Shown: piece after piece, positions 1 to 14,956 of the stretch
Numbering within the stretch: position 1 is the first letter of the stretch
Layout of the letters: each line of letters starts with the position of its first letter
Assembly: GCA_964035545.1 (NCBI GenBank)
Contig: OZ037772.1
Location: forward strand, 9,916,618 to 9,980,617
Length of the DNA: 64,000 bases
Source: Bugula neritina
Taxonomy: Eukaryota; Animalia; Bryozoa
Direction of reading: 5' to 3'
Position numbers and translations under genes: made by a program
The notes under the pieces: model-generated
What the model saw: the letters and a program-made list of their open reading frames with translations, nothing else
What the model was told of the DNA's origin: nothing
Databases searched by the model: none

Positions 1-520
1 GTATGCGTTGGTAAGGTTATATATACGCAGGTAAGTCTATATATACGCAGGTAAGTCTATATATACGCAGGTAAGTCTATATATACGCAGGTAAGTTTAT
101 ATATACGCAGGTAAGTCTATATATACTGAGGTAAGTCTATATATACACAGGTAAGTCTATATATACGCAGGTAAGTCTATATATACGCAGGTAAGTCTAT
201 ATATATGCAGGTAACTCTATATATACGCATGTAAGTCTATATATACGCAGGTAAGTCTATGTATACGCAGGTAAGTCTATATATACGCAGGTAAGTCTAT
301 ATATACGCAGGTAAGTCTATATATATGCAGGTAACTCTATATATACGCAGGTAACTCACTATATATGCAGGTAACTCTATATATACGCAGGTAAGTCTAT
401 ATATACGTAGGTAAGTCTATATATACGCAGGTAAGTATTTTTTTGTAGGTGAGTCTATATATATACACAGGTAATTTAATGTATACACAGGTAAGTATAT
501 TTACATGCAGGTAAATTAAT
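1..520 (+). repeat. 20-bp minisatellite (ATATACGCAG GTAAGTCTAT)n, roughly 25 units, degenerating at the right end; lies in the intron upstream of Bcl-2-like gene 1 exon 2
   Basis: Directly visible 20-nt periodicity; most units contain CAG|GTAAGT or CAG|GTAACT. Confidence 0.95.
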
Positions 521-714
521 TTAAGATTTTTGGTTAAACTTGTACCTTTTAATAATTTGACTACTGCATATAACTTACTATATGATGTAAATATATTTCT
601 AATTTTTTGATTTTATAATAATTGAACTTTAACAACTTAGAATATTTTTATAACTTCGAAGTTCTATCCTTTAACTGTTTTTCTAATCTCTCATGTGTTT
701 GAACATGATTGTAG

Positions 715-3122
715 AATCTTCTATGAGAATGTCAATCTCATTTATGAAGACCGAATCAAAGCTTTAGAGGAGGAAATTGACGAGATGGAAAACAAGAAGC
801 AGCTAGAGAAGATGGCCGTGAGCTTATTGGACATCAGTAAGCTATTCCATGAATAACTAACTAACATTTAGCTGCAGTAGTAGATAAATTGAAATAGCTT
901 ATGTTTTTTTTAGATTTTGTTATATAACTTTTGGTTTGGGGTGGTGAAGGGTTAAAATTATTTTGAGAACACAACTTCTTTTGCTTTATACGAAACACAA
1001 GCTTTTCTCAAGTTCTCCTTTAGTGCACCTTTACTTCTAACTATATACTGATATCACCTATGGTGTTCATATTACAAATGTGCCCTATTTTATCAAGATT
1101 TTGTCAAAGAACTTCTATTTCATCTATAAAATGTTTGGTACCTATATAGCTAAAACAGTATAAAAATAAAGTTTTACAGAAAAATTATCGTTTGCCCTTT
1201 ATTATGGAGTAAAAACCCAAATCTGATTGCACAGAATTTTAGTAGATAGTATACTACATTTATTAGATATTAATTATAGTTTATTCATATTTTAAATTGT
1301 TTTATTCTAGTTGTTTGGTAGCAAAATTCCTAATATATATACTTTTCAGTAGTGATATTTTAGTTATAAAAGGAGTTTGTTGATTGAAGAAGTATAGTAG
1401 ATAGGCCAGTGGAGTTCAGAGAGCTGGGTGGGATGTAGCGTTGTAATTACCCAGTGGTCTCTGTGGTGTAGCGGTTGGCACACTTGCTTGCAAGCCAGAT
1501 GTCAGACCTGGTTGGAATCTCAGGGGGGTCACTTAGTTTTCGAGTTTGATATATAATATTATGTTTGTAGAAATAGAGCAATATGACAGCGCGTGGTGGA
1601 ACGACCTAATAGACAGGTCTGTATGCAAGGTCTGCAGTCCTCGGTCGCTGGATCAAACCAGAGAGTATTTCAATCGCATGTTCAATCAGCTGCTATTTAA
1701 TCCAAACCATCTCCCATCTTTCAAGATAAAAAATGTAAGTTCAATCAGTCTTCTCTACATTCTATATGACTCTAGTAGGAATCTTGTAATAGTGGTTAGA
1801 TCGTTTGCCTGGTAAACACTAAGTCATGGGTTCGAACATGAAAAAATTCTATTGGTGATGTTAGGAAGAGCATCCAGTCATAATTCCTCCTGTAGCTCTT
1901 CTAAATAAGCCCTTAGTCTACTTGAACTAAAACCCTTTCCATCAAGGTTTTTTCACAAAGATATAGCGCCTATAAACTTGAGTAACAGTAATTTTAAAAG
2001 TATGTGTGCCAGTATCAAAACTAATACTTACTTATAGTCTTTTATTATCAACTAGGAACTGGGAAAGAGCAATTTGCAACGTATAGCAACTTCATACAAA
2101 GCAAATTAGAATTGCATCAAGCTAAAACCTATAGTCAGTGTGTTGGACAAGCAAAGTTTTCTAATTTTACTTTAACATGGCTGTGTTTAGAAATAAGACT
2201 TTATCAATAAGTGCAAGTAGTTTTAAAAGTTTCAATTTTTTTTTTCAGTTTAGGAAAAACGATGTTATAATTTAATTCAGATAAAATTATTCACAAAATT
2301 TTTGACCATGCCAGTTTTATCAAAAAATTGATATATTATGCAACAGTTGTTGAATAATTTGCTCAGTACTTTCCTATCTACAGCTATTTTGTAATAATTA
2401 TGGTGTATTATGCTATAACTTTCTAAAATCTTGTAGGTACTGATGTTTTCCACTGACTTGGCCATCAAGGTTCTAGCTGCCGGATATCCTAAACGGGCGA
2501 TCAAACTGCTCAACATACTCATTCACAACTTTACTGAGCCCAAAGCTAGAATCTTAATTCGAGAGACTGGGGGTTGGGTGAGTTTAATAGGTTTTAAAAA
2601 AACTTGATCATTTAAATTCATTCAAACACACCTAAGTTTTTAATAGAAATTACTTGAAATTAGAAGCTGGTTATTATTCAATGTTGAGAGTTATCTGCCC
2701 TGTTATGGGACCTTATCAGTTTTGGTAATGCTATAGCTGAATCGTTTGCAGTCAAGCAAAAGTGTTAAGCAATCCCTAAACCTTAACTTTTTTATCTGTC
2801 AATTGCCATATTAATATCCAAAGTCATCTAAAAACTAAAACTAAGCAAAGGTTTGAACAGATTGAGTTCTATAATATTTGGCTTGTCTTTGAATATATTT
2901 TGTTTAAATTATATATTGTTTAAATTGTAAATGAAAATATAAATGCATGTCCATGTTTTATGTTTACAGCAAGTTATCTCAGACTTCAACCCAGATGATC
3001 AACTGAGCAACAGGGACAGGTTGATTCGAACTTGTGGGCTGTTTGTCATACCCACTCTAGTGGCTACAGGAATCATGGGTCTGGTAGTCCTCTATGGAAA
3101 TCAGAATAAACAGTTTATTTAA
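715..3122 (+). CDS. Bcl-2 family protein, divergent paralogue 1 (5'-partial; first coding exon expected left of the window)
   Basis: GT-AG exons 715-836 (IFYENVNLIYEDRIKALEEEIDEMENKKQLEKMAVSLLDI), 1571-1734, 2437-2577 (VLMFSTDLAIKVLAAGYPKRAIKLLNILIHNFTEPKARILIRETGGW) and 2970-3122 (hydrophobic tail CGLFVIPTLVATGIMGLVVLYG, stop TAA). Phases are compatible. BH2 GGW followed by a phase-0 intron and a C-terminal TM segment is the Bcl-2 family pattern. Confidence 0.85.
1448..1535 (+). mobile_element. tRNA-derived SINE-like head, family B
   Basis: GTGGTGTAGCGGTTGGCACACTTGCTTGCAAGCCAG...GGTTGGAATCTC has an A-box and a degenerate B-box; near-match at 12793-12885. Confidence 0.6.
1775..1980 (+). mobile_element. 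tRNA-derived SINE, family A (core GGTGATGTTAGGAAGAGCATCCAGTCATAA)
   Basis: tRNA-like head (TAGTGGTTAG...GGGTTCGAAC) plus a conserved core; related copies at 8195, 9345, 20768 and (minus strand) 40912. Confidence 0.75.
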
Positions 3123-3847
3123 TCAGTACCAGCTTCTTGATGTCTATTATTGCTGTCAGGAAATTAGAGATTAATTTCATCTTAAATAGAACTTTTCTTT
3201 ACTATAGATATTCAATCTGTTCTAGCTTGCATCTGTTTTTCACTTTCATTGTCTGAGCTTGGCTCTGTAAATAAGTCTTTTAGCATATTTGTGGTCAAGA
3301 GTTGACTCAGCCTAAAATTATAAAACGTTTCAATGTATTTCATTCAGTGCTAATAAAATATGTGTAAACTGAAACAATAGCCTTTTAGTTTCTATGCTTT
3401 ATGGATAAATATTTATAGCCACTTCTTCATGAGAATTGAATCACATAAATTGATAAAATACATTATCTGCTGTACAACAATAGCCATTGATATGTAGTCA
3501 ATTTCAATATGATCAGTAATGTTTGAAATTGCATAGTATTTTCACTCATAATTTGTACAATTGAAGATGAAAATAAAGTTTTAGACACAGGTCATCTAGA
3601 ATCATCATCTTTAAAAACATTCAGCATCAATGAAAAAACCTTTTTGAAAAAAGCTTAAACCAATTAGCATACCCATAATGCTTTTGTAAGATATATCATG
3701 AATAATAGCTGAGGCGGCTTTCTCGTAAAATGGAAAGCAATGTCTAGCGATTGGCAAAAATAGCATGCTATTACAATTAGTGCTGGAAGTTTAGTAATTC
3801 ATAAAGAAACAGTGGATAAAATAGTGTTCTGCTGCTGTTAGTTGAAT

Positions 3848-6213
<2,366 letters not shown>

Positions 6214-7210
6214 AAACAAATTGTTCATTTTTCCTCACTTTGTATGTTTGACAGTCAGGATTATACACACTGCATATAAGTTTAATCTTCAAATCTAAGA
6301 CATCAATCTCAGTTTTTTTCAGCTTTTGATAACTTCTTTCAGCCTGTACAGTCTTTCTCTTGTTAGATTTAAATTACCATGTAGCAAATAAAAATGTTTA
6401 ATTTCTTTCTTTCTAATTAAAACTAATAAAATAAATATTCGTTTTGAATTGATTCTTCATAACAATTAACATGCAGTTTAATGACTTTTTTATATTTTAG
6501 GCGATTTATTTTGCCTCTTATACAAATTAAAAATTTAAGCTCAAAAAAGGAAAGCGTTTATAATTTTGATAATATAAAATGATTTTATTGCACGAGTTTA
6601 GAAATATTATAACAGCAGTGGATGTTTAGCTGCTTTGTTATAAATCATGTTTTTACAAGCTCATCTCTAATAATTGTGTGCTCATATTTAACTAAAGTTT
6701 ATAGAAAGTTATGTGGTTTAATTGATATAGAATCCGTTTACTATCACAACTTAAATGTGTTTCCAACACTTCTAGCACATGACAAACACTTCTAGCACAT
6801 GACAAACACTTTTAGCAACAAATTACTTTACTTCTAAGTTAGTAAAAGCTACGATATATTTAACAAAAAATTTAGTAACAGTTTGATAATTTTGTAGATT
6901 GAAGACTTCATTTAGTTAATTGATTTTATGTAAGACTAACAATTGGAAATTATTAGCATAATAATGTTTTTTTCAGAATGCACAGAATAAGAGTAGCTTT
7001 ATATAGTTTTATTAGACATCAAAAGTAAATTTATGATTAATAGAAATTCAATATGTCAAACAAAAGTTGAAAAAAAGTAAATATGTGAGGGGAGACAACT
7101 TATATAAATACAAGAGCTGAATTCTTATTGCCATGTTGTTTCATAATTTTAAAAAACTAATTCGCTCTGCTTACAAAATGTTCTATTTTTTATACTTTCT
7201 GGAATAGATT

Positions 7211-9765
7211 TTAACCCTGTGTCCATTTTCTAAATAAATTAAAGGCACGGGCTAAATATAAAGAGCCAAAACAGGTTACAGTAAAAAATAGAATGAGAGC
7301 TTTTAGACCGAGATCTGTGTGCCAGCGCTCCTCTTCCTCGGGGTCGCGGGGGTCTTGAAGCATTTCTAGCAGGTAAGAAAGGTAACCCTAAAATTAAAAT
7401 TATATGAGAATCATATTAATAAGAATTACGTTAGATTATAGATGCACAAGTTATTTTAGTAAAAGATGATAATAAAAGACATCTTCAAAAATAATAAAAC
7501 TCATCGTCATGGTAACTATAACTCATTACACTAAAGTCAAGTTAAGGGGATTTCTATTGACCAATCAATCAATTACGCTTGTTCGTTCATCATCTTTGGT
7601 GGGTGAACCCAACGAAGAAGATTTTATATGAACTCTTTCAAATTTGATCGCACGCTTGTGTTTTTGTGTAAAATAGACAATTTCATGTGATTCTCACAAC
7701 CGTGTGGCCGGGACTTTATACAAATGTTGTTAGCAATGAATATCACTCACCCATTTCCTTTTTCTATGCAGGAAATACTCCACCTGTGAGTCCTCTAAAA
7801 ACTCACATAGCCAAACGATGAGTTTAGCTGCCCTCTTAGATGAGTCCTCCCTTATTGCTTGTATTGCCAGGTCTGCCGTGATTACAGTAATCTATAAAAC
7901 ATCACACGCAGCAAAGTCATGTATACGGGTCATTTTATGCAACTTTTTACAATCTTGATGTCTTTAGCTTGTAGCTATTTTTCACAATTTAGCTGCTAAG
8001 GTATGTGGCAATCAACAAATATATGTTTACATATACAACTATAAATATTTACATGGATTTTTATATTTTAATTTATTTTTATTGTGGTTAGAATCAGCAA
8101 ATAATTTACTTAAGTAGCAAACATTCGTGATTTTTGGTCAAACTGATTGTTGGCTTTAATTTGCTGATGTTCAAAACTAAATATGAAAGGACTTGGAGCA
8201 TTTGCCTAGTAAACATGAAGTCATGGGTTCGAACCCCGACAAAGGCCGTTTGTTATGTTAGGAAGAGCGTCCAGTCGTAATTTCTCCTAGGCCTCATTTA
8301 AATATGTCCTTAGCCCGATTTAACAAAAACCTTTTCTATCAAGGGTTTTCTTACAGAGATGTCAATTATAAACTTTTTCAAGTGAGAACTATGAAAACAG
8401 TAGTTTTATTATATAATATAAGTATAATATAATTTTGCTCTAATTAAAATAATCATAAATCCAATTAAAACTGTGCAAATATAAGCATATATTCTTAGAA
8501 TTTTCTAATAATACCCAGATTTAATAGCTCAAAATCTTACCTTATATAGGGCTAGCCAGATATCCCGCTCATGTTGAAATGTGAGCTCACAGATCCTGAA
8601 GAAACATTGATAGGCCAGGGGTTTTGGCACATTTGGAGCTACTAGGCTGCACATATTCATGAAGTCTTCTATCTCCTCTGGGGTAGCTCCTATCGTCAGT
8701 CCTAATGTAGGGGTAGCAGCAAAATAGGAATTTAGTAATTTGTTGATAAACACAAGTAATATTATTTGATATAAAATCTTAAAAAGCCTTGCATCTTGGT
8801 TAGAATGCTGTCATTTTTATTCAACATGTCAAATTCTAGGTCTTAAATTTTTTAATGTGTTAATTTAAACTCTTCTGACCTTTGAAGAGTTACCTTTACG
8901 TAGCATTTGCACATGCAGTGTTATAGGAACTCAAGTTTTATAGCCTTAGAGACTTACTGTATGCAATAATTTTAGCCACAGCTTGTCTTAGAAAGATACT
9001 GTCTTCTAACTCTGAAGCTAGTTTTTGAATTTTTGGATAATCATTTGGATTCAATCCAATTGACTTGAGTCTACAATATAACAGCTTATTAAAGATAGTA
9101 TAGGAATAATATAGAAAACACGAATTTTAATACTAAAAAATTTCTTGTTAAAAAAACAGTTTTCAGTAAATATATAAGAAAAAATAAAATGAAAAATTGT
9201 TTCTCAATTTTGTTGGCTGATGCAGCTGTTAGAGAAAGCATGCTAGCCTTATAAACACAGACTAAGTATTTTAAGCTCAGGTAATATTAGGAAGAGCACT
9301 TAGTCATAATTACTCCTCTATTACATTGAAAAGCATTAATTGGAGCAGCTGTGTCTAGTATTTGCTTAGTAAATTCCTGAGGTCATGGGTTTGATCCCCA
9401 GTAAAAACCATTGGTGATGTTAGGAAGAGCATCCAGTCATAATTGCTTCTGTGCCTCATTCCAATAAGTCTTAGCCCAATTTAACATAAACTTTTTCTAT
9501 CAGGGGTTTCTCACAGGGATAGTGACTATAGACTTGCATAAGTTTAGTTACATTGAAAAACATTCCTAAGCCCAATTTTAAAAAATAAATTTTGTAAAAT
9601 TCTCACAATGATAATACTAACGAAAGTGTAGATAAAAGAGAATGATCATGCATGAGAAAATATGCATTTTATCTAAAAACTTAGTAAAAAATTGCAGGTA
9701 AACTTCTGGTCAGCTTACCTGTGCATGAAGTAAGCTATAATCACTTGTTTACTCTGTAGAGGCAT
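7211..9765 (-). CDS. Bcl-2 family protein, divergent paralogue 3
   Basis: Minus-strand exons 9765-9719 (MPLQSKQVIIAYFMHR), 9070-8958, 8701-8541, 7891-7751 (ITVITADLAIQAIREDSSKRAAKLIVWLCEFLEDSQVEYFLHRKRKW) and 7387-7211 (TM ALILFFTVTCFGSLYLA, ends AFNLFRKWTQG*). Exon sizes 47/113/161/141 match the other paralogues; BH2 GGW is changed to RKW. Confidence 0.85.
8195..8375 (+). mobile_element. SINE family A copy (intron 3 of paralogue 3)
   Basis: Aligns by eye with 1775-1980 (GCCTAGTAAAC..GAAGTCATGGGTTCGAACCC...ATGTTAGGAAGAGCGTCCAGTCGTAATT). Confidence 0.75.
9345..9540 (+). mobile_element. SINE family A copy (intron 1 of paralogue 3)
   Basis: Same head, core and 3' end (CACAGGGATAGTGACTATAGACTTGC). 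Confidence 0.75.
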
Positions 9766-11202
9766 CTTGTTTGCTGTCCACAATTGAAGACTTGATATAA
9801 TAAACTTGGTGAGTCTTCAACCTTCACTTTACTAGTGACTCTGCCCTCTGTCTTCCACAAGCAGTGCTATAGTTTGCACTATACAAGCTTAAATACAATT
9901 CTTTTAAAGAAAGCTAAAGCTTTCTTGAGACTTTTAGTATAAGCTTGAAAAAAAAGCTAATTAATTTACTTTATGAAATGTTAATGTTACCTGTTTTGTT
10001 TTTCAACTTTTTACTGCACTCAATTTCAAGTCACTTACAAATTGTATATCATGATATAACAAATTACTCATGCTTTCTGCTCTAATGACATTCTCCTAGT
10101 CAGTTAGAATGCAAAAGTTGTTTTTAATAGATCATTTAATTATTATAAGGTACTCTTTCAGCTATAATATATAAAGAAATGTTAACTCTTTTTTCCTGGG
10201 TATAATAATATACTTGATAGAAACTTGAGTATCTATCAAAGCCTATCTAAAAAGATTGCATGGGTAAAATAAAGCCCCAGAGTTTGAGTAACTCTCTAGA
10301 AACCTAAGTCTATGACCATGGCTAGAGAGCCCAATCAAGGAATGTCATTGCTGAGCATAAAACTTAGTACATTAAACTTTATACATCAGCTTTTTCATGA
10401 GTTGTGCTCTCATAGCCTTATGCAAAGTTATATTACAGCTGCTCTGGTCTATCAAGCATGTTAGTTTGTGAATTATTGCAATACAATTGGAACAAAATAA
10501 AAACAAGAATGCAGAATGTAATTAGAACTTATTTGACCAAAATCGTTCAATTACTATAATATTATTATATCTGTCTCAAAAAGGAATGCTTCTTTATTCT
10601 TGTTAACTTAGACCTATTTAATTGACTGGCTGGCATAGGATTTATGCAACCTTTATAAAGTTTAAGATTTTGCTATACCAAATCTGCATTTTATAGCAAG
10701 TTATATGTGACATTTTTATAGTACTATGCTAATTTATGCCACTCACTTGTTTATATTGAAGAAAAGTTTACAAAGTATCATGTAAGGTTTAAAAAAATTA
10801 GATGAAGAACAGATAGTTCCTAATTTAAATAAAAAATCAACTGTCAGCTGTTTAAATTACTAATAAGGATCTGTAATTCAAAGGGTGCTTTTATTAAACT
10901 TATATATTTTAATTGGAATAAAACTTCATTTAAATTTTTTACATTTATTCATTTATTATATTAATGTGTTACATGGTTTACAACCAACAAATTTGTTAAT
11001 ATAGTTCTCAAAAAAGAGCTAACAATATGATAAACTGTGTATATAGCAATGGACATCTCGTTAGATTTACCAAAAAGTTTAACATACAATAAACAAAAAT
11101 AAATACAAAATTATTTCTCTCTAATGTTTACAAAAATATATGCACTGGCAAAGAGGAGAGTCATGTAAATGATTGCCTTTTATAGAATTTTGTGAATTGG
11201 CA

Positions 11203-13255
11203 CTAACCCTGTGTACATTTCCTAAAGAAATTAAAAGCCCATGACAAATGCGTTGAGCTACGAGCTATGGTAATGAACACTGCTATAATAACTCTCAGAC
11301 TTATGTGGTTGTGCCGGCTGTACTCCTCATATGGCTCTCCGTACATTTCAAATAGGTATCTATCGAAATCCTGCGTGTTAGAATTTAGCAATTAGATTCT
11401 TAAAGCTGTTTTTAAAATCGTTGGTCTAACTTGCAAACTATCTAATTACAGACAAATATTTAGGTCTTCGGAATCAAAATACAGTCACAACACAGACAAG
11501 GCAGTCTTAAAATAGCCCTACATTGTTTCCTATTATTTTGAATGCCTATTAAATCTGCTTTTATAGTAATGTTACTAAAACATGGGTTTTACTCACATTG
11601 ACGCCATGCCTGTGTAGAAAATATCTCATGCCACTAGCAGCTATATAGTCACTTGACCAGGTGATGATCTGAAAGGCCCTTTCTGGTGAACCAGCCCTTA
11701 GAGCATGTATTGCCAGGTCTGAACAGCGGACTACAACCTATAAGACAGTAGCTTCCTATTCTAGTTATACAAACTAGTCTATTAATGTTGTGACATTCAA
11801 ATTGTTATGCATTCCTATAAATTTTCTCTGTTTTGTAGGATGTTTTATTTTTAAAAAAAAGTAGTGAATCATACATATCCAACTAGCGTGTATATGTTCG
11901 CAGGTGCATGTAGTGAGTGAGTTGGGGAGTGAGTGACTAAGCGAGTGTGTGATTGAGTGAGTGCGATTGAGTGAGTGTGAGTGACTGAGTGAGTGAGTGA
12001 GTGAGTGAGTGAGTGAGTGAGTGAGTGAGTGAGTGAGTGAGTGCGAGTGATTGAGTGAGTGAGTGAGTGAGTGAGTGCGAGTGATTGAGTGAGTGAGTGA
12101 GTGAGTGAGTGAGTGAGTGAGTGAGTGAGCCAGTGAGCGAGCGAGTGAGTATGCTTGCAGGAGTGGGAGGGAGAGTGACTGTGTGTTTCCAAATCAAACT
12201 TGAGTAAATAATCAAGTTGCTCATCATAAATGGCATGCTATAACCAATACTCACCTCATATAACGTGTACCAGTCTACAGGCTCCATTAATATAGCACTA
12301 CATACTTCACAAAGGTGTGAAAAAGCTCTGCAGTCTGATACAGATGGAGAGGTATGTTGGCTGCTTTGCAGAAACCATTCCAAATTGTTTATATCAGATG
12401 CCATCGTCATTTCTATAGACATACAATTTTTTAGAAGACTGGGATTATAAGATGCATGCTGTATACATGGAACTTTAGCTTTGTAGGTCATATGGTGTTA
12501 AAGAGACAGAAATAGTCTAGCGTTTTGAGCATTTTCTCCATGATAAACTTATAGATAATTATTTTACATGAAAACCTTCAAGTCTCTTTACTATAAGCTT
12601 TTAAATGTTTGGGATACAAATGTACAAAGCCTCAGAACCTTACTTGTTGCATTAAGCTTGGCCACTGCACGTCTCAGTAAGTAACAGTCTTGCACCTCTG
12701 AGGCTAATATTTGCAGCTCTAAATAATCACTGGGATCCATTCCAAGTGACGTCACACTATAACACAATAATTTTCAAATCTGCAGTGTTGTGTACCCAGT
12801 GATTCAAGTGGTGTAATGGTTAGCACACTTGCTTGCAAGCCAGAGGGAAGTCTCAGGCTCAAATCCCAGTGGGGTGAAACCATTTTACAAAAACTTCCTT
12901 TTTTCAATTATCAAAAAGTTTGCTGATTATAATATAAAAAATTACCAACAAAAGAATTTCACCTGCTAAAATATTACAACTGAACAGTTAGACTCAGAAT
13001 ATACTGTTGAGTAATTAGAAAATGAAATGTTTCTTTACAGAATATTTTAATAAATTATTAATTATTTTGGCTATAGAAGTAAATCATAGAATTTTGAATC
13101 CTACATTGAAATTAAGTAATTACCAGCTGTCAATTTATATTTGATCAAAACATGCATATAAGGAGAAACACAACAAAATAATTATTTTCACGCTAAAAGT
13201 TAAATTACCTCTTCAGGAAGTAGGAAATGATCACGTGTCTCGTTTGCAGAAGCAT
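11203..13255 (-). CDS. Bcl-2 family protein, divergent paralogue 4
   Basis: Minus-strand exons 13255-13209 (MLLQTRHVIISYFLK), 12756-12644, 12412-12255, 11737-11597 (VVVRCSDLAIHALRAGSPERAFQIITWSSDYIAASGMRYFLHRHGVN) and 11370-11203 (ends AFNFFRKCTQG*). Exon sizes 47/113/158/141; BH2 GGW is changed to GVN. Confidence 0.83.
11910..12150. repeat. (GAGT)n tetranucleotide microsatellite in intron 3 of paralogue 4
   Basis: Direct inspection. Confidence 0.95.
12793..12885 (+). mobile_element. tRNA-derived SINE-like head, family B
   Basis: TACCCAGTG...GTGGTGTAATGGTTAGCACACTTGCTTGCAAGCCAG...TCAAATCCC; matches 1448-1535. Confidence 0.6.
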
Positions 13256-14956
13256 GTTACTTGGTTACCACAGTTGCTGACTTAATTAGCCTTTTATGGG
13301 TCTATAAATGGTATGTTTCTATAGTATTGCTGCTGTTTAAACTTTTACTGACAACTTAAATATATAGTAAGTAACTTAGATATAGCAGCAAAAGCATTAC
13401 CTATTCCAGATAAAGCTTTTGAATAAATTTTAGCAAAGCAAAGCTATAGCCAGTGTAGCTATAAAAAATTATTAGTAATATATTTTGCATATTCAAACTA
13501 AAATAATTTTTTAACTTTTGAAAAATTAAAATTAAAACAATAATATGTTAAATTAACTTAGCTTAATATACACAAAACACATAAAAAGCATTGTGGTCAA
13601 TAAATAAAAATATTATGTTAAATTATGCTTAGCTCATTTATTTATTAGATTAACAACATTGTGGTCAGTCAACAAAAACAAAGGGACATGATTTTTAAAT
13701 TAGTGCGTGCCATATGCTAATAACTTCAAACAAAAACTACATTTTGGAATAAAATTAGAACTTTACTCAGTCAATATGTTGCCTTTTGTCTATAAGTTTA
13801 GTAACACTAACAATTTTTCTGCATTAAAAATGATTGCCTTTTTAAACTGATTGCTAACAGTAAAAATTATATTGGTAAAGGAAATATTATATAATTAAAA
13901 ATAATAGTAAATAGACATTGCTTTTTCAGAATAGTGTTTCTTTTACACTTGATAATCAGCTATCAATAAAAGAGACATGTGGATAGACTTGAAAGGCATT
14001 AATAGTATATGGTGTGTCATTATGATGAAAATCGATTGTTTATACATACATTTTTTTCTGCAGAATGCTTTAAAATAACGTTTTTTCATGCGAAGATTAT
14101 TAGTGAGACTTCCCTTTAAATATTGGTGTCATCTTAGATAGACGCGTCTTAGTTAGAGGCTTTTGTTATTTTGGTGCAATATATACATATTTTATGGGCA
14201 ATTTATTTGATTATTATTGAAATAAATGTATATTTAAATGAACTTGGATTAATTGTTTGCTATTTAGCACATAAATAAATTCATTTGAGTTGCATTAAGT
14301 TAATAATTTTGCGTATTCCATACTTTTTGTTGTTTGAAAAAATATTCCATTAATAAGTATTCATTAAAAATAGTGTCTATTATTATTGTATTACTGTTTT
14401 TTGCCCCACAAAAATGTTTTTTTCTATAATAATGTGTAGTAAAGATTATCTATCTAAAGTCATCTTTTATAAGGTTCATATATTTTGCAAAGACATTAAA
14501 AATTTATCTCCACCTATGAATAAGATGCATAAAGCTTGAAAAAAGCAATAATTGTTTTGAAATATATTAGTAAATATAATTTTTTAGTGATGCATAAACA
14601 AATACCGGTAAAAAAAATTACTCTCTTTATCAAATAAATCACTAATTATACAACAAACAAGATTTCTGCAAAAAATCAGATATTAAAAATTAATCAGTTA
14701 AGATGTAGATGTGTTATTTTTTCAGTTTCTATTATAAATATATAATATTTAAGGCTATAAATGCAGGTTTTGGTATAGGAAGAAAAATTTTCAACTTAAA
14801 ATTTGATCATTAGAAACAGCTACAAAAATAGCTTTAAAGCTACTATATATATTATAGCAAGATACAAGCTATAAGACTGTCAGGTTGCAAGAAACTGAGT
14901 TCTGGTAGAAACTCTCTGAAGGTGACATAGTAGATCTAATTGAAGTAGAAGTAGAA

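Noticed and set aside
1-520. CRISPR array or coding repeat
   Set aside because: No unique spacers; stop-rich; a simple intronic minisatellite.
1448-1535. Functional tRNA genes here and at 12793, 16540, 52668 and 56684
   Set aside because: A/B-box-like motifs are present, but no convincing cloverleaf or acceptor stem; copies are mutually diverged, consistent with SINE heads.
11869-12254. THSL-repeat ORFs
   Set aside because: Translations of (GAGT)n. Only 12412-12255 of the longer ORF is a real exon. The GTGAGT donor-like reading is on the antisense strand of paralogue 4, so it was not counted as a donor array.
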